From a virus (Duplodnaviria; Caudoviricetes): 64,000 nt of DNA. The translations under genes were made by a program, and so were the position numbers. This document shows positions 16,454 through 25,885 of this stretch, piece by piece; positions within the stretch are counted from its first letter, which is position 1, and each line of letters begins with the position of its first letter. Location: positions 1,205 to 65,204 of IMG/VR virus record IMGVR_UViG_3300033553_000052, one strand, 5' to 3'. The notes under the pieces were generated by a model that searched no databases, had not been told where the DNA came from, and was given only the letters and a program-made list of their open reading frames with translations.

Positions 16454-18948
16454 TGTCAGTCAACACAGTCAAGGACGCCACGCCTGTAGCCGAGGCGAAG
16501 CTCGCACTGGCTAACTTCAATAAGCTAACTCCGTCACTAAGCGGATTCGCGAGTGCGTTGATCGGTAACAACGTTTCAGTCGTGGCCGGTAAGGGAACAT
16601 ACTCGGACGGCAAGACGATTACCATTCGCCCGCCTATGTCGCTCGCGACGACACCCGAGCACAATAGAAAGGCGTGCGACAAGCGCGACACCGACACAAG
16701 GAAGATGACGTGCCCGGCGTGCGCGAACCGGGAGCATGTTGTGTCTGTGTTCTTTCACGAGATCGGACATATAGTCTTTGACTCGTTCGTTGACTACCAA
16801 CTGTACGAAGTAAGTAAGGTAATCGAGAACGTGCTAGACGGTTCATACGAGCGCACCAAGGCAAGCAAGAACATTGTCCTCCTAAAGGGAATGAAGCACC
16901 CGCTCATGACAGTGGGCGGCGTGCTCAATAAGTTCATGCCGCTACTGATCAACGCCGTAGAGGATGCTCGAGTAGACAGTAATATGGCGAAGGTGAGGCC
17001 TGGGACAGCCGCAATGCTTGAGGCTGAATACCTTGACGTTGCAATCAATGGACTGGTGCAGACTGATGGAACAGTCAACATGTTCGGCGACCTCGACCTC
17101 AACACTCAAATGATGCTTCACATTCTGTCGATAGCAAAGGGCTACCAGGCCGCGCCCGACCTGAAAGAGTATGTACTCGAGTCAGTGAAGAACGAATCGG
17201 TGGCCAGTCTCATTGATGGAATCAAGAACAATAAGAGTCCACTGGATTCCTTCAAGTCGGCGTTTGCCCTGTTGGTAGCGTGCCAGGCCATTGGGTTCTT
17301 TGTCTACGACGAGGCACACACTTATCTGCCTGAACCAGAGCCCGAGGAAGAACACGAGCCAGAGGGTGATGGCCTTGAGAACGAACCCGAGGAGGGTAAG
17401 GACGATGGAGAATCAGCGGATGAGTCGGATGATCGAAGCGATCAATCAGATGACAGCGATGAAGCCGGAGGTACTGGAGAGTCTGGAGGCGATGACGCAG
17501 GCACTGGCGAAGATCGAGATGCCGACCATTCAGACTCCGACGATGCCGACAGTGACACTGAACCTGACCCCACATCAGGTGGCGGGGATACGGAAGCTGA
17601 CGTGGAGTCAACCGAGGAGGATAGGGAAGACCCTGAAGGTGGAGCTGATGATGACGCCGCCTCCGATGGTGACTTGGACAACGAGGGCGACGAGCCAGCC
17701 GATGCCGACAGCGTGGATGGAGAAGAAGCTGACGCCGGGGAGGACCCCACTTCTGAAGAGTCAGGCGCTGACGGAGAAGACGAAGATGGATCTGACGAAA
17801 GCGAAGATGGTTCTTCATCCGGAGGAGAGGGTGCCGGGGATAAGGCCGACACTGGAATGGACGCCGGGGGGGATTCTGATGACGATTCTTCTGATGAGTT
17901 CGAGGATGGAGAACCTGGAGACGGAGGGTCCGGGTCGGCAACACCACGGCCCTCAGCGGAAGAGTTTGGCGACGACACGGCCAGTGCGGAGGAGATGATT
18001 GAAGCCCTGTCCGGCCACGCTGAGGCAGAGGGTGACGACGAAGACGCCAAGCTTATTGAGATGGTGGTGATGAGCGCCGAACACTTCGACGAGGTGTCAA
18101 CCGTCATTGCCGGCGTTGAGTTCCTAGGAAGCGAAAACTTTCCGAGGTACATGTCCCGCTTTAAACTACCCAAGAGTGAGCAGACCGTACCAGAGTCAAT
18201 CATTGCGCCGTCACTACTTCACATGCGCAGGGCATTCGCAGATAACGCACTCGCGAACCGACAGCACAACAGAAGGTCTGGCCGCGTCAACTCTCGTGTA
18301 CTAGGGCGGCGTGCTTGGAACGATGACGACAGGTTGTTCTCCAAGAAGTCAATGCCAGGCAAGCGTGACTATGCAGTGCTCATTGGCATTGACATCTCAG
18401 GCTCGACTATGACCATCGGAGGTTCTCACGGGAGGATTGCGGAGAGGTCAATAGACGTTCCAACGATACACATTGAGTTGCTGGCGGCATATGCGCAGGC
18501 TGAATTGTGTCACCGCCTTGGTATCAAGTTCTCGGTGTTCGCTCACACGGGCGAGGGTGACATGCTTCAGATATACAAGATCAAGGAGTGGGAGCAGTTG
18601 TGGGACGACAAGGCTAAGCGCCGCTTGTTCGATGCAGTACCCTTGGCCGCTAACCTCGACGGCCATACCCTCGAGTACTACCGCAAGGAGCTCGACAAGG
18701 TTCGGGCTACAGACAAGATCCTCATGTACTACTCGGATGGCAGTATGCCTCGTGAAAACTACAACGAGGAGCTGATGATTCTCAAGCGCGAGATAGCAAC
18801 ATGCAAGAAGCGCGGCTACGTTCTAATGGGCGTTGGTGCCAGGACAGATGCACCTACTAAGCATGGACTCGACACCGTGAGGATTGATTCCATGAACGAC
18901 CTTCACAAGGTAGTAAAGCACCTCGGCAAGCAGATCGAGGGGTTGTAA
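16453..18948 (+). CDS. CobT-like VWA-domain protein (AAA+ partner) with acidic linker
   Basis: HEIGH and NAVEDARVD N-terminal motifs; long D/E/G/S-rich linker; MIDAS DISGST and YSDG; TAATG coupling to ATPase. Confidence 0.85.
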   Translation: MSVNTVKDATPVAEAKLALANFNKLTPSLSGFASALIGNNVSVVAGKGTYSDGKTITIRPPMSLATTPEHNRKACDKRDTDTRKMTCPACANREHVVSVFFHEIGHIVFDSFVDYQLYEVSKVIENVLDGSYERTKASKNIVLLKGMKHPLMTVGGVLNKFMPLLINAVEDARVDSNMAKVRPGTAAMLEAEYLDVAINGLVQTDGTVNMFGDLDLNTQMMLHILSIAKGYQAAPDLKEYVLESVKNESVASLIDGIKNNKSPLDSFKSAFALLVACQAIGFFVYDEAHTYLPEPEPEEEHEPEGDGLENEPEEGKDDGESADESDDRSDQSDDSDEAGGTGESGGDDAGTGEDRDADHSDSDDADSDTEPDPTSGGGDTEADVESTEEDREDPEGGADDDAASDGDLDNEGDEPADADSVDGEEADAGEDPTSEESGADGEDEDGSDESEDGSSSGGEGAGDKADTGMDAGGDSDDDSSDEFEDGEPGDGGSGSATPRPSAEEFGDDTASAEEMIEALSGHAEAEGDDEDAKLIEMVVMSAEHFDEVSTVIAGVEFLGSENFPRYMSRFKLPKSEQTVPESIIAPSLLHMRRAFADNALANRQHNRRSGRVNSRVLGRRAWNDDDRLFSKKSMPGKRDYAVLIGIDISGSTMTIGGSHGRIAERSIDVPTIHIELLAAYAQAELCHRLGIKFSVFAHTGEGDMLQIYKIKEWEQLWDDKAKRRLFDAVPLAANLDGHTLEYYRKELDKVRATDKILMYYSDGSMPRENYNEELMILKREIATCKKRGYVLMGVGARTDAPTKHGLDTVRIDSMNDLHKVVKHLGKQIEGL

Positions 18949-18959
18949 CCTCGTCCGGC

Positions 18960-19025
18960 CACGGGCGGGGCGTGACATGTGCGCAAACAAGGCTGGTTGC
19001 AATTCCCGCGCCCGTGTGATAGGGT
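18960..19025 (+). promoter_or_regulatory. promoter within 3' arm of hairpin
   Basis: TTGCAA(18997)-17-TAGGGT(19020); CACGGGCG...CGCCCGTG inverted repeat. Confidence 0.65.
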
Positions 19026-19080
19026 AGGGCCACCGACCAAGCGCGGGACTCATTCTCAACACAACGACAGGAAACGAACC

Positions 19081-19485
19081 ATGGAAACTGATCTCAAGGC
19101 CCTTGAGGGCAAGAAGGTCGTAGTCACGACTGGCGGCGAAGAGCTTGAAGGAACTGTGGAAACAGGCTCCCCGCTCGGCATCGTGCTCAAGCCCAAGAAC
19201 TCTTCGCGGTCCCTGCTGATCGAGGCGAAGGACATCGACACCATTGTCGAGGCGAACTCCGGCCCCAAGAAGCTGAAGCCTCGTTCACTCCCCTCCGTCT
19301 CGAAGGGTAAGTTCCGTGAGCACCTGCTCGAACGCCACGGCTACCCCCTCGCTGACATTCAGGCGATGACCGAGGATGCTGCGGAGACGTTCCACGGCAC
19401 CATCGAGCACGGTCCTCTCGGCCACTTCCACCGTGAGGTTACTCCGGTCGAGGACGCCATTGCAGAGGCCGAAGCGGCAGTGTAG
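19081..19485 (+). CDS. hypothetical protein (possible Sm/SH3-like N-terminus)
   Basis: Start 19081 with AGGA RBS; strong codon bias. Confidence 0.75.
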   Translation: METDLKALEGKKVVVTTGGEELEGTVETGSPLGIVLKPKNSSRSLLIEAKDIDTIVEANSGPKKLKPRSLPSVSKGKFREHLLERHGYPLADIQAMTEDAAETFHGTIEHGPLGHFHREVTPVEDAIAEAEAAV

Positions 19486-19491
19486 TTCCAT

Positions 19492-19524
19492 TCGGGGACC
19501 AGTCGAATTAAGGCTGGTCCCCGA
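19492..19524 (+). terminator. hairpin/terminator
   Basis: TCGGGGACCAG...CTGGTCCCCGA inverted repeat after stop. Confidence 0.55.
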
Positions 19525-19606
19525 ATGCTAAGCATAGGGTTGTACCAACGGGTAGAAATTGGGGCTAGAGGTGCCAGTAAAGGAGCGCGACGCGCAACGC
19601 GAGCGC

Positions 19607-20374
19607 ATGATAGCAAGTGAGCTTAAGAAGTATCCGTATGTCTACAGCTGTGAAAAGCCCAGGTGTGGATACCACGTAGCATGCAAGTCAATAGACGATG
19701 GAATAGAAGAGGAGATGTTTCACATGTGCCCAAGGCGAGCGGAGATCGAGACGGATAGTACCGGCACCTCGAGAAGGGTTACTGCGGTACAGGCCGCATG
19801 GCGACTGTTCGACGCCAAGTTCGCCGAGTACAAGAAGGGTGGATTCTCGGAGATGTACGGCGAACAGATCAAGGGCGAGCTGACTGGCATGAGCCAGATT
19901 ATCTTTCTGATGATGAGACCATACTATGAGTCGCGCGACGATATCGTGCGTGAGGTAATGGCCAGGCACGAGGACCCTGATCGCCGCACACCAGGCATAG
20001 GTTCGATCACCATGATGCCAGAAGAGGGTGGCTCTCCCTGGGGTCCATCGCTCGGTGGAGGTTACACGAGTGAGCCTTCGAACATGATCGACCCTCCCTA
20101 TGGATACCCGCAGGAACTAGTTGACGAGGCACGGGAACTCTTTAAGTCACACAGCAAGAAGGCTAGGGACCTAGAGGCGGCGGCGAGGGCAAGGGCAAAG
20201 CAACCCGTCACAAAAGAGAAGCCTCGTGCTACCGGGACAGTCAAGCGTGTGTTCACCGAGGAAGAACTTACCGGAATCAGGAATGCGAACTCCGCAGGGT
20301 TTGACTACAAGATGATTATGGCGGCTTACAACTGCACCATGGAGGACCTTAAGGGCATCCTCCTTCCGGACTAA
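19607..20374 (+). CDS. hypothetical protein
   Basis: Long ORF, start uncertain (19559-19607); C-x4-C and H-x-C motifs. Confidence 0.7.
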   Translation: MIASELKKYPYVYSCEKPRCGYHVACKSIDDGIEEEMFHMCPRRAEIETDSTGTSRRVTAVQAAWRLFDAKFAEYKKGGFSEMYGEQIKGELTGMSQIIFLMMRPYYESRDDIVREVMARHEDPDRRTPGIGSITMMPEEGGSPWGPSLGGGYTSEPSNMIDPPYGYPQELVDEARELFKSHSKKARDLEAAARARAKQPVTKEKPRATGTVKRVFTEEELTGIRNANSAGFDYKMIMAAYNCTMEDLKGILLPD

Positions 20375-20736
20375 TGGCACGGGCAAAGCGCGAGGAGCCG
20401 TGCATGTTCTGCGGAACCGCGCCGTGCTCGTGCAAATCCAAGAAGGAAGTACCCAAGCCAGAGCCCAAGGTTATCGAACACGAGCCGGCAGTTGAGCCGG
20501 AGATCCACCCCACCGCAAGTGTTCCGAGAGTTAAGTACTCGAACAAGATCTCCATGAACGTGCCGAAGTTTGGTCAGGCAAGTGACACCATGTCTTATGC
20601 GGTTGGTGTATTGATCTTGTCTGGGATTGTCCACGAGGACGACGTAGAAAGGTTGCGCTCATCTGTGGGCAGGGTGGCCGACGTTGACACAAAGAAGCGT
20701 ATCAGGGAATGGAAGGTGAGGAACGGTGAAGCGTAG
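20374..20736 (+). CDS. hypothetical protein with N-terminal Cys cluster
   Basis: CMFCGTAPCSC; TAATG coupling. Confidence 0.7.
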   Translation: MARAKREEPCMFCGTAPCSCKSKKEVPKPEPKVIEHEPAVEPEIHPTASVPRVKYSNKISMNVPKFGQASDTMSYAVGVLILSGIVHEDDVERLRSSVGRVADVDTKKRIREWKVRNGEA

Positions 20737-20989
20737 TCTACGCGAATGGGCGCTAAACGTTAGCGAAGGCAAGACGTCCAAGCCGAGATCACTTACCGAA
20801 CCAGAGATCGCAGACTTCCTCTCGGCGTCATATCAACCGCCGTCAAGGCGAACGAAGGCGGCGCTACTGATCTACCTAAGCTCGTGCAATAGGGTGCGAT
20901 ACAAGCGGCTACAGAAGGACTTCGAGTGGGCAAAGAAATGCCTACAGGAGGCCGGACTTAATCCAGAAGATGCGAGGTTCCTACTATGA
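20726..20989 (+). CDS. hypothetical protein
   Basis: Overlapping starts/stops. Confidence 0.7.
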   Translation: MKRSLREWALNVSEGKTSKPRSLTEPEIADFLSASYQPPSRRTKAALLIYLSSCNRVRYKRLQKDFEWAKKCLQEAGLNPEDARFLL

Positions 20990-21714
20990 GGACAGTTAAA
21001 CTTCCTGATGGTATGACCATGCGCGTCGATGACATAAAGGTAGACAGGGGAATCTACACATACAAACTTGTATGCGACCACCTTGTCTCGGGATGTCTCG
21101 ACCACGAAAGGTGTGAGATAAAGTTGTGGCCGGAGGGTATCTCGACTAACTGTTCTGGCGGAGACGATTGTCTACACTTGTTTCCGGCCATGTCGGCAGG
21201 GCTTGGGGCGGAGCGTATTGCTAGCATACTCGAACTCGAGGGCGGTCGTTCTGTTCAGGCTGTTGTTCCATTATTCTTCCTTGGGAATGAACTCGTCAAG
21301 GCTAGCGTGAAGTTAAATCGTATTGACACTGCGGCTGGCAAGTTCGCTGAAGTAGTTATCGACACTCCAGTAAAGGGCGCTGGACAGAACACTGTCCTCT
21401 ATACCGCGGGCGGCAAGATGTACCACTCGATAGGGGTGGTAGGGCACGGAGAGAATTACGACACAATCAAGACAATGATCTCTGCGTGGTGCTTGTATAT
21501 GTCGAACGACATCTTAGATTCAGACGTGCGCAAGGAGGGTCCTTATGCATCGTGCATGTCGCATAGGCACAGGAGCTTCCTTGATAATGAGACGCGAGCA
21601 AATAGTTTAGCGTCGGAGAAGAAGGATCTTGCACTGTTCGCACTGACTGGGCTGTGCCCGGTGTGCCGTAGGATCGAGAAGGTTAAACTAGAAGACGTGC
21701 CCGTACCTTTCTAA
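20986..21714 (+). CDS. hypothetical protein ending EDVPVPF
   Basis: ATGA coupling; Cys motifs. Confidence 0.7.
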   Translation: MRTVKLPDGMTMRVDDIKVDRGIYTYKLVCDHLVSGCLDHERCEIKLWPEGISTNCSGGDDCLHLFPAMSAGLGAERIASILELEGGRSVQAVVPLFFLGNELVKASVKLNRIDTAAGKFAEVVIDTPVKGAGQNTVLYTAGGKMYHSIGVVGHGENYDTIKTMISAWCLYMSNDILDSDVRKEGPYASCMSHRHRSFLDNETRANSLASEKKDLALFALTGLCPVCRRIEKVKLEDVPVPF

Positions 21715-21723
21715 GGAGTAGTA

Positions 21724-21960
21724 ATGTTTACAGGCGAATACAAATGCAGTTCATGTGGGAAGAACCCTGGCAATCCAGATCTTCTCGTCGTGAAGAAGGT
21801 AATGTTTCAAGAGCTCGGCGTTAACCCAAGGACGCTCAAATCAAGGACAGCCGGGTGGCTGTGTCCACAGTGCATAGCCAAGGACCCGGACTGGAAGCGT
21901 CCGCCCTACTCGTCGCCAGGCACGGCGGAGTTTAAGCAGTCGCCGATCGGAAGCGCGTAA
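21724..21960 (+). CDS. small zinc-finger protein
   Basis: CSSC...CPQC; AAGGAG RBS. Confidence 0.75.
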   Translation: MFTGEYKCSSCGKNPGNPDLLVVKKVMFQELGVNPRTLKSRTAGWLCPQCIAKDPDWKRPPYSSPGTAEFKQSPIGSA

Positions 21961-22544
21961 TGGCGAAGCGACAGTACCCAGGCATGAGGACCAGTGTGCA
22001 ACGGGCCAACAAAGTGTCCGAGAATAAGTTGGCTTGGGTAAAGATCAATACGATTACAATGTCGTTCTTCAGGCAAGACGGAGAGTTCCTTGAGGGGCTT
22101 CCCGAGTCAGAAGATATCAGAGCAGAGTATCGTGGATACACTGAAGATGATGGGGACCAGATGGTTCTCACGGTTGAGACATATAACTCATTGTCGTCCA
22201 TCCCGCTTAGCGAGATGACGTACAATGAACTCATGACACTCAAGATGTTTGTGTCAACAGCAATTGATGAAGCATTGCCTGTCGCGAGTGTGCGTGACAG
22301 GCTGTCACAGGAGGCATTAGATGATTACGGCGACGATTCTAACGCAAGAATCTATAGATCAGTTCCTGAACTATTTGTCCGAAAGGGGAAGGGCGGCGAA
22401 TACAATCAGAGCATATGGGAGCGATCTGCGGGGTCTTATGCAATGGTCAAGTTCCCCGGTAGAGCAAGACAACTTCCAGACGATGACGGCGCGGTGGCTC
22501 AACGACACGAGGGCGACGGCATCCCCGAAGACGACTTGTCGTAG
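21960..22544 (+). CDS. hypothetical protein overlapping recombinase gene by 224 nt
   Basis: TAATG coupling to upstream gene; fills the gap before the recombinase. Confidence 0.65.
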   Translation: MAKRQYPGMRTSVQRANKVSENKLAWVKINTITMSFFRQDGEFLEGLPESEDIRAEYRGYTEDDGDQMVLTVETYNSLSSIPLSEMTYNELMTLKMFVSTAIDEALPVASVRDRLSQEALDDYGDDSNARIYRSVPELFVRKGKGGEYNQSIWERSAGSYAMVKFPGRARQLPDDDGAVAQRHEGDGIPEDDLS

Positions 22545-23139
22545 GCTTGTATCCGCGAAGTCATACGCCAAGTGGTCTGGGATTGGAAACATTCTCGATG
22601 ACTACAAGGCCCCGACGCCTGGACGAGCAATGCCGCACCCGCTCCCCGAAGGTATCGAGGGCGTGAAGCTCATGTGTCAGTCCACTAACGACCCCAGCAA
22701 GCGCGCTTTGTTTGCGTTGCAGGGAATGGCTGGCCTACGAGTAAGTGAGGCGCGATCACTGCACAGCGACAACATTGATATCCAAGACATGATGCTTACT
22801 GTGCGCGGTAAGGGTGACAAGACGCGGGCTGTTCCAATATCCAACTCGGCGTGGCCCTTCGTTCTCGATGCGTACAAGGCGTCACTAGAATCTGGCATGC
22901 CGCTTGTTAACCTATCCGACCGTGGGGCACGTAAGGCAGTGACGGCGGCGGGACATGCGCTAGGATTCAAGCGTGACATTTCCAGCCACGACCTGCGTGC
23001 GACTGGCGCCACCCACCTGTACAACCAGACCAAGGACATCAGGGTTGTGCAAGAGTTTCTAGGTCACGCAAGTTCGGTTACAACGCAAGTCTATACCGGC
23101 ATCTCAATAGACGCAATGAGGAAAGGACTCGAGTTCTAA
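22321..23139 (+). CDS. tyrosine recombinase (XerC/D-like)
   Basis: N-terminal FLNYL.ERG..NTIRAY..DL; catalytic GLRVSE, GKGDK, HDLR, LGH and TQVY; CAGGAGG RBS. Confidence 0.9.
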   Translation: MITATILTQESIDQFLNYLSERGRAANTIRAYGSDLRGLMQWSSSPVEQDNFQTMTARWLNDTRATASPKTTCRRLVSAKSYAKWSGIGNILDDYKAPTPGRAMPHPLPEGIEGVKLMCQSTNDPSKRALFALQGMAGLRVSEARSLHSDNIDIQDMMLTVRGKGDKTRAVPISNSAWPFVLDAYKASLESGMPLVNLSDRGARKAVTAAGHALGFKRDISSHDLRATGATHLYNQTKDIRVVQEFLGHASSVTTQVYTGISIDAMRKGLEF

Positions 23140-23345
23140 TGGACGAGATGCTAGAACATTACTACTGCTATGACACAAAGGTCTTTGGTAGCATACTTGA
23201 TGACGTAAGGGTGCAGTGCATTGATGCCTCGTTTGAGTCGGGGAATGCTGTAATCCTTCATATGCACCCGTACGACGACAACAAGTGCGACATGAAAAAG
23301 AGCATGCACGAGCGCTACGAGAAGGGCGTGAGGGTCAATGAATAG
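23139..23345 (+). CDS. hypothetical protein
   Basis: TAATG coupling. Confidence 0.65.
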   Translation: MDEMLEHYYCYDTKVFGSILDDVRVQCIDASFESGNAVILHMHPYDDNKCDMKKSMHERYEKGVRVNE

Positions 23346-23517
23346 GGGCGAGCTGTTAAGTGCTTCGCTTAATCTCGTTTCGTGGACAGCGCCAGACGGG
23401 ACACGCTACGGGCGCGATGCCAAGGGAGGTTGGATTCGCCTTGGGTATCAAACCGGAATGACTGATGCACACATGATCGAGTACGTCAAGCAACTGGAGT
23501 CACGCAATGACAGATGA
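23338..23517 (+). CDS. 59-aa hypothetical protein (not in ORF track)
   Basis: MNRGELLSASL...ESRNDR*; overlaps both neighbours and fills the gap. Confidence 0.6.
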   Translation: MNRGELLSASLNLVSWTAPDGTRYGRDAKGGWIRLGYQTGMTDAHMIEYVKQLESRNDR

Positions 23518-24289
23518 GCCGGTAGGCAACAAGTGTAAGGCCTACGTCAAAGACGACAACGGCAACAAGCACAAGTGCGGAACGATTCTCCCGAAGGGCT
23601 ATCCAGAATGCCGCAACAAGAAGAACCACATGTGGAGATTCAAGAGCGGATACTGTGCTATCGGATGGTGCGAGGGAACTAACTCCGTCGATGCCAAAGG
23701 TACGCCAGTCAAGACGTGCCCACACTGGATGAAGTGCAACTGCGATTGCCACGAGAAGCTCGACAAGATGTTCGCAATGACAGACACACCGCGCATTGAG
23801 ATCGAGAACCCAAAGTATTCCACGCCAAAGAGTCAGTACTGGATGCCAGACCGTTCGATGAGCGGCCTCACTGTGGAAGATGAAAACGGCGAGGAAGTTC
23901 AGAGGGCAACCACACTTCTGGAGACGCGAGTCAGTAAGCACTTCAATGACACGGAGACGGGCAAGCGCGCGCGAGGCAAGCTCGAGTACGAAGTCCTTGA
24001 TGTGTGCCGCAACTTCGCCAAGGGATTGCTTGAGGTTGAGGTCTTGACTCCAACTACTATCGCAATGGAGATCGACGAAGTCGAGCCGCCCTCGGTTGGG
24101 GCAATCGGCGCAGTGTTCGACCGCTGGGTTAAGTTGGGGTTCGCTGTGTGCGAAAAGTCTCCGGTTAGGTTTACCTCGTTCACGGCTGATGGACTTCAGT
24201 ACGGATTGGAGACACTCAAATCAAGGGCTAAGCGAAACAAGAAGAACGCAATCGCAAGTCAAGCAAGAACCTTGCGACCGAAGGGATAG
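23507..24289 (+). CDS. Cys-rich N-terminus + winged-helix DNA-binding protein
   Basis: CNCDCH motif; RGKLEYEV...LTPTTIA...PSVGAI...G.A...P.RF wHTH-like pattern. Confidence 0.7.
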   Translation: MTDEPVGNKCKAYVKDDNGNKHKCGTILPKGYPECRNKKNHMWRFKSGYCAIGWCEGTNSVDAKGTPVKTCPHWMKCNCDCHEKLDKMFAMTDTPRIEIENPKYSTPKSQYWMPDRSMSGLTVEDENGEEVQRATTLLETRVSKHFNDTETGKRARGKLEYEVLDVCRNFAKGLLEVEVLTPTTIAMEIDEVEPPSVGAIGAVFDRWVKLGFAVCEKSPVRFTSFTADGLQYGLETLKSRAKRNKKNAIASQARTLRPKG

Positions 24290-24291
24290 CA

Positions 24292-24594
24292 GTGAGGTCA
24301 GACAAGACGGTGGATGCGGCCATGAAGGACGTGAACATGCCCCCGAGGATCTTCCTGTACACACTTGATCAGATCTCGTACATGTTGGAGATTCCCCTCA
24401 AGACATTAAAACTAAGCTACACGTACTTCCAGGGGATATCTACCGGCCCGAAGAATCGCCACATGATTCTTGCTAGAGACATCTCAGTGCCGGGCACTGG
24501 TCAAGCAGACTGGCGCGTAGCCGAGACCGAACTAACAAGGTGGATGAAGCTCAAGGGGTTCCGGTTCATGAGGGGCGGGCGGCTCATCGATTAA
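24292..24594 (+). CDS. putative excisionase-like HTH protein
   Basis: LYTLDQISYMLEI...WRVAETELTRWM pattern. Confidence 0.6.
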   Translation: MRSDKTVDAAMKDVNMPPRIFLYTLDQISYMLEIPLKTLKLSYTYFQGISTGPKNRHMILARDISVPGTGQADWRVAETELTRWMKLKGFRFMRGGRLID

Positions 24595-24614
24595 TGTCTC
24601 GGCGAAGGCCGGGG

Positions 24615-24643
24615 TTGACATTGTGAAAGAAAGATGCTATGAT
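24615..24643 (+). promoter_or_regulatory. strong promoter
   Basis: TTGACA-17-TATGAT with extended -10 TG. Confidence 0.8.
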
Positions 24644-24657
24644 TGGCAGATGCGAAA

Positions 24658-25038
24658 ATGAGCAATGCAGGCATTCGTTACGCCGAAGATAACCTAGGCG
24701 CAAACGCCACATATCTTGAGGCACTGTCCATCGAGGACAAGGTGGCTCTAGAGCAAGAAAAACTGCTACAGTTACGCAAACTAATAACGGATCTAACTCG
24801 GGAACTCGCAAACAAAGGCGTAGACATGCCGAATGTTGCAGACTCCAAAACTAGGACAACAGAGGTAGATGAGACTAATGAAAGAATTAGCGAGTGCGAA
24901 AGCACTATTGCACTCCTCCGCATGCAACACGCATCGAGGGTCGCAAGAATCACGGAGCTGGGCGGCTACTTCATCTTTCTCGCCTCACTCAAGACTGCGC
25001 AGTCAAGCCGTTCTGTGCCGCCTGGCTACCCGTGGTAA
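24658..25038 (+). CDS. coiled-coil hypothetical protein
   Basis: ORF downstream of promoter; start 24658 preferred. Confidence 0.65.
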   Translation: MSNAGIRYAEDNLGANATYLEALSIEDKVALEQEKLLQLRKLITDLTRELANKGVDMPNVADSKTRTTEVDETNERISECESTIALLRMQHASRVARITELGGYFIFLASLKTAQSSRSVPPGYPW

Positions 25039-25044
25039 TGCACA

Positions 25045-25848
25045 ATGAAGACAACGATAAATCCCATCGTCAGTACGCTAGCAGATAGCGGACTCTCGTT
25101 CGTTCCGAGGGTCACGATCTCGCACGACGATGGAGGGCTCGAGTTTAACGACTTCGGTCTGTCCCTGAATCAACGCCAGTGCCTCATTATGCTTGGAGCA
25201 ATTCGCCAGCGCATAATGTGGGCACCAAGAGAACTTGCCGTAGGCATGGTCTTGTGCGATTCCAAGGACTTCGAGCATGGAAACCCCACGAAGGACTTTC
25301 CTTGGGAGACCTCTAACTTCACTAAGCCAGATGACTTCGCGGACGGAGATCATCTTGACTGTGGTGCCTGTATGTTCTCGCACTGGACGAAGGACGAAAC
25401 AGCCAGGCGTGGAAGCAGGCCAGCACTATGCACCGAGTCTGTTATCGTGCCAATGCTGATCGCCTCGAATCCAGACGTGAAGTATAACGGCGCAGAAAAC
25501 CTTGACATCGAGTACAAGGTTGGGGCCATGTCGTTTCAGAAGTCATCCATCAAGCCTATCGCAGATCACATGAGATCATTCAGGCTAAGTAGCATGCCTG
25601 CATACTCAATGACCACAACGATGGCGCTTAACACTAATCTTGGATCGGGGTTCAAGTACTCCGTTCCCAGCCTCGCAAAACAAAGTATTGTCAACGAGGA
25701 GAAGTACCCGTTACTATCAACAATCCTACGTGAGGTGCGTGACGTAGTAACAAAGCCAACACCTGCAAGATCGAGCGAAGGAGGGTTCCTAAGTGTTGGA
25801 ATCACTGACGCCCCTACGAGTGGGTACACTGGCACGTTTTTCAGTTAG
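25045..25848 (+). CDS. hypothetical replication/recombination protein
   Basis: CGAC..HW...PALC motif; directly upstream of SSB. Confidence 0.65.
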   Translation: MKTTINPIVSTLADSGLSFVPRVTISHDDGGLEFNDFGLSLNQRQCLIMLGAIRQRIMWAPRELAVGMVLCDSKDFEHGNPTKDFPWETSNFTKPDDFADGDHLDCGACMFSHWTKDETARRGSRPALCTESVIVPMLIASNPDVKYNGAENLDIEYKVGAMSFQKSSIKPIADHMRSFRLSSMPAYSMTTTMALNTNLGSGFKYSVPSLAKQSIVNEEKYPLLSTILREVRDVVTKPTPARSSEGGFLSVGITDAPTSGYTGTFFS

Positions 25849-25885
25849 GTCAATATAAACGACACACAAGCAAAGGATTACCCTC

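Noticed and set aside
17252-18203. Several long alternative-frame ORFs
   Set aside because: By-products of the low-complexity acidic linker of the VWA gene
22321-23139. Integrase as evidence of a temperate lifestyle or prophage boundary
   Set aside because: No adjacent attP-like gap or repressor cassette, and no host genes in the window
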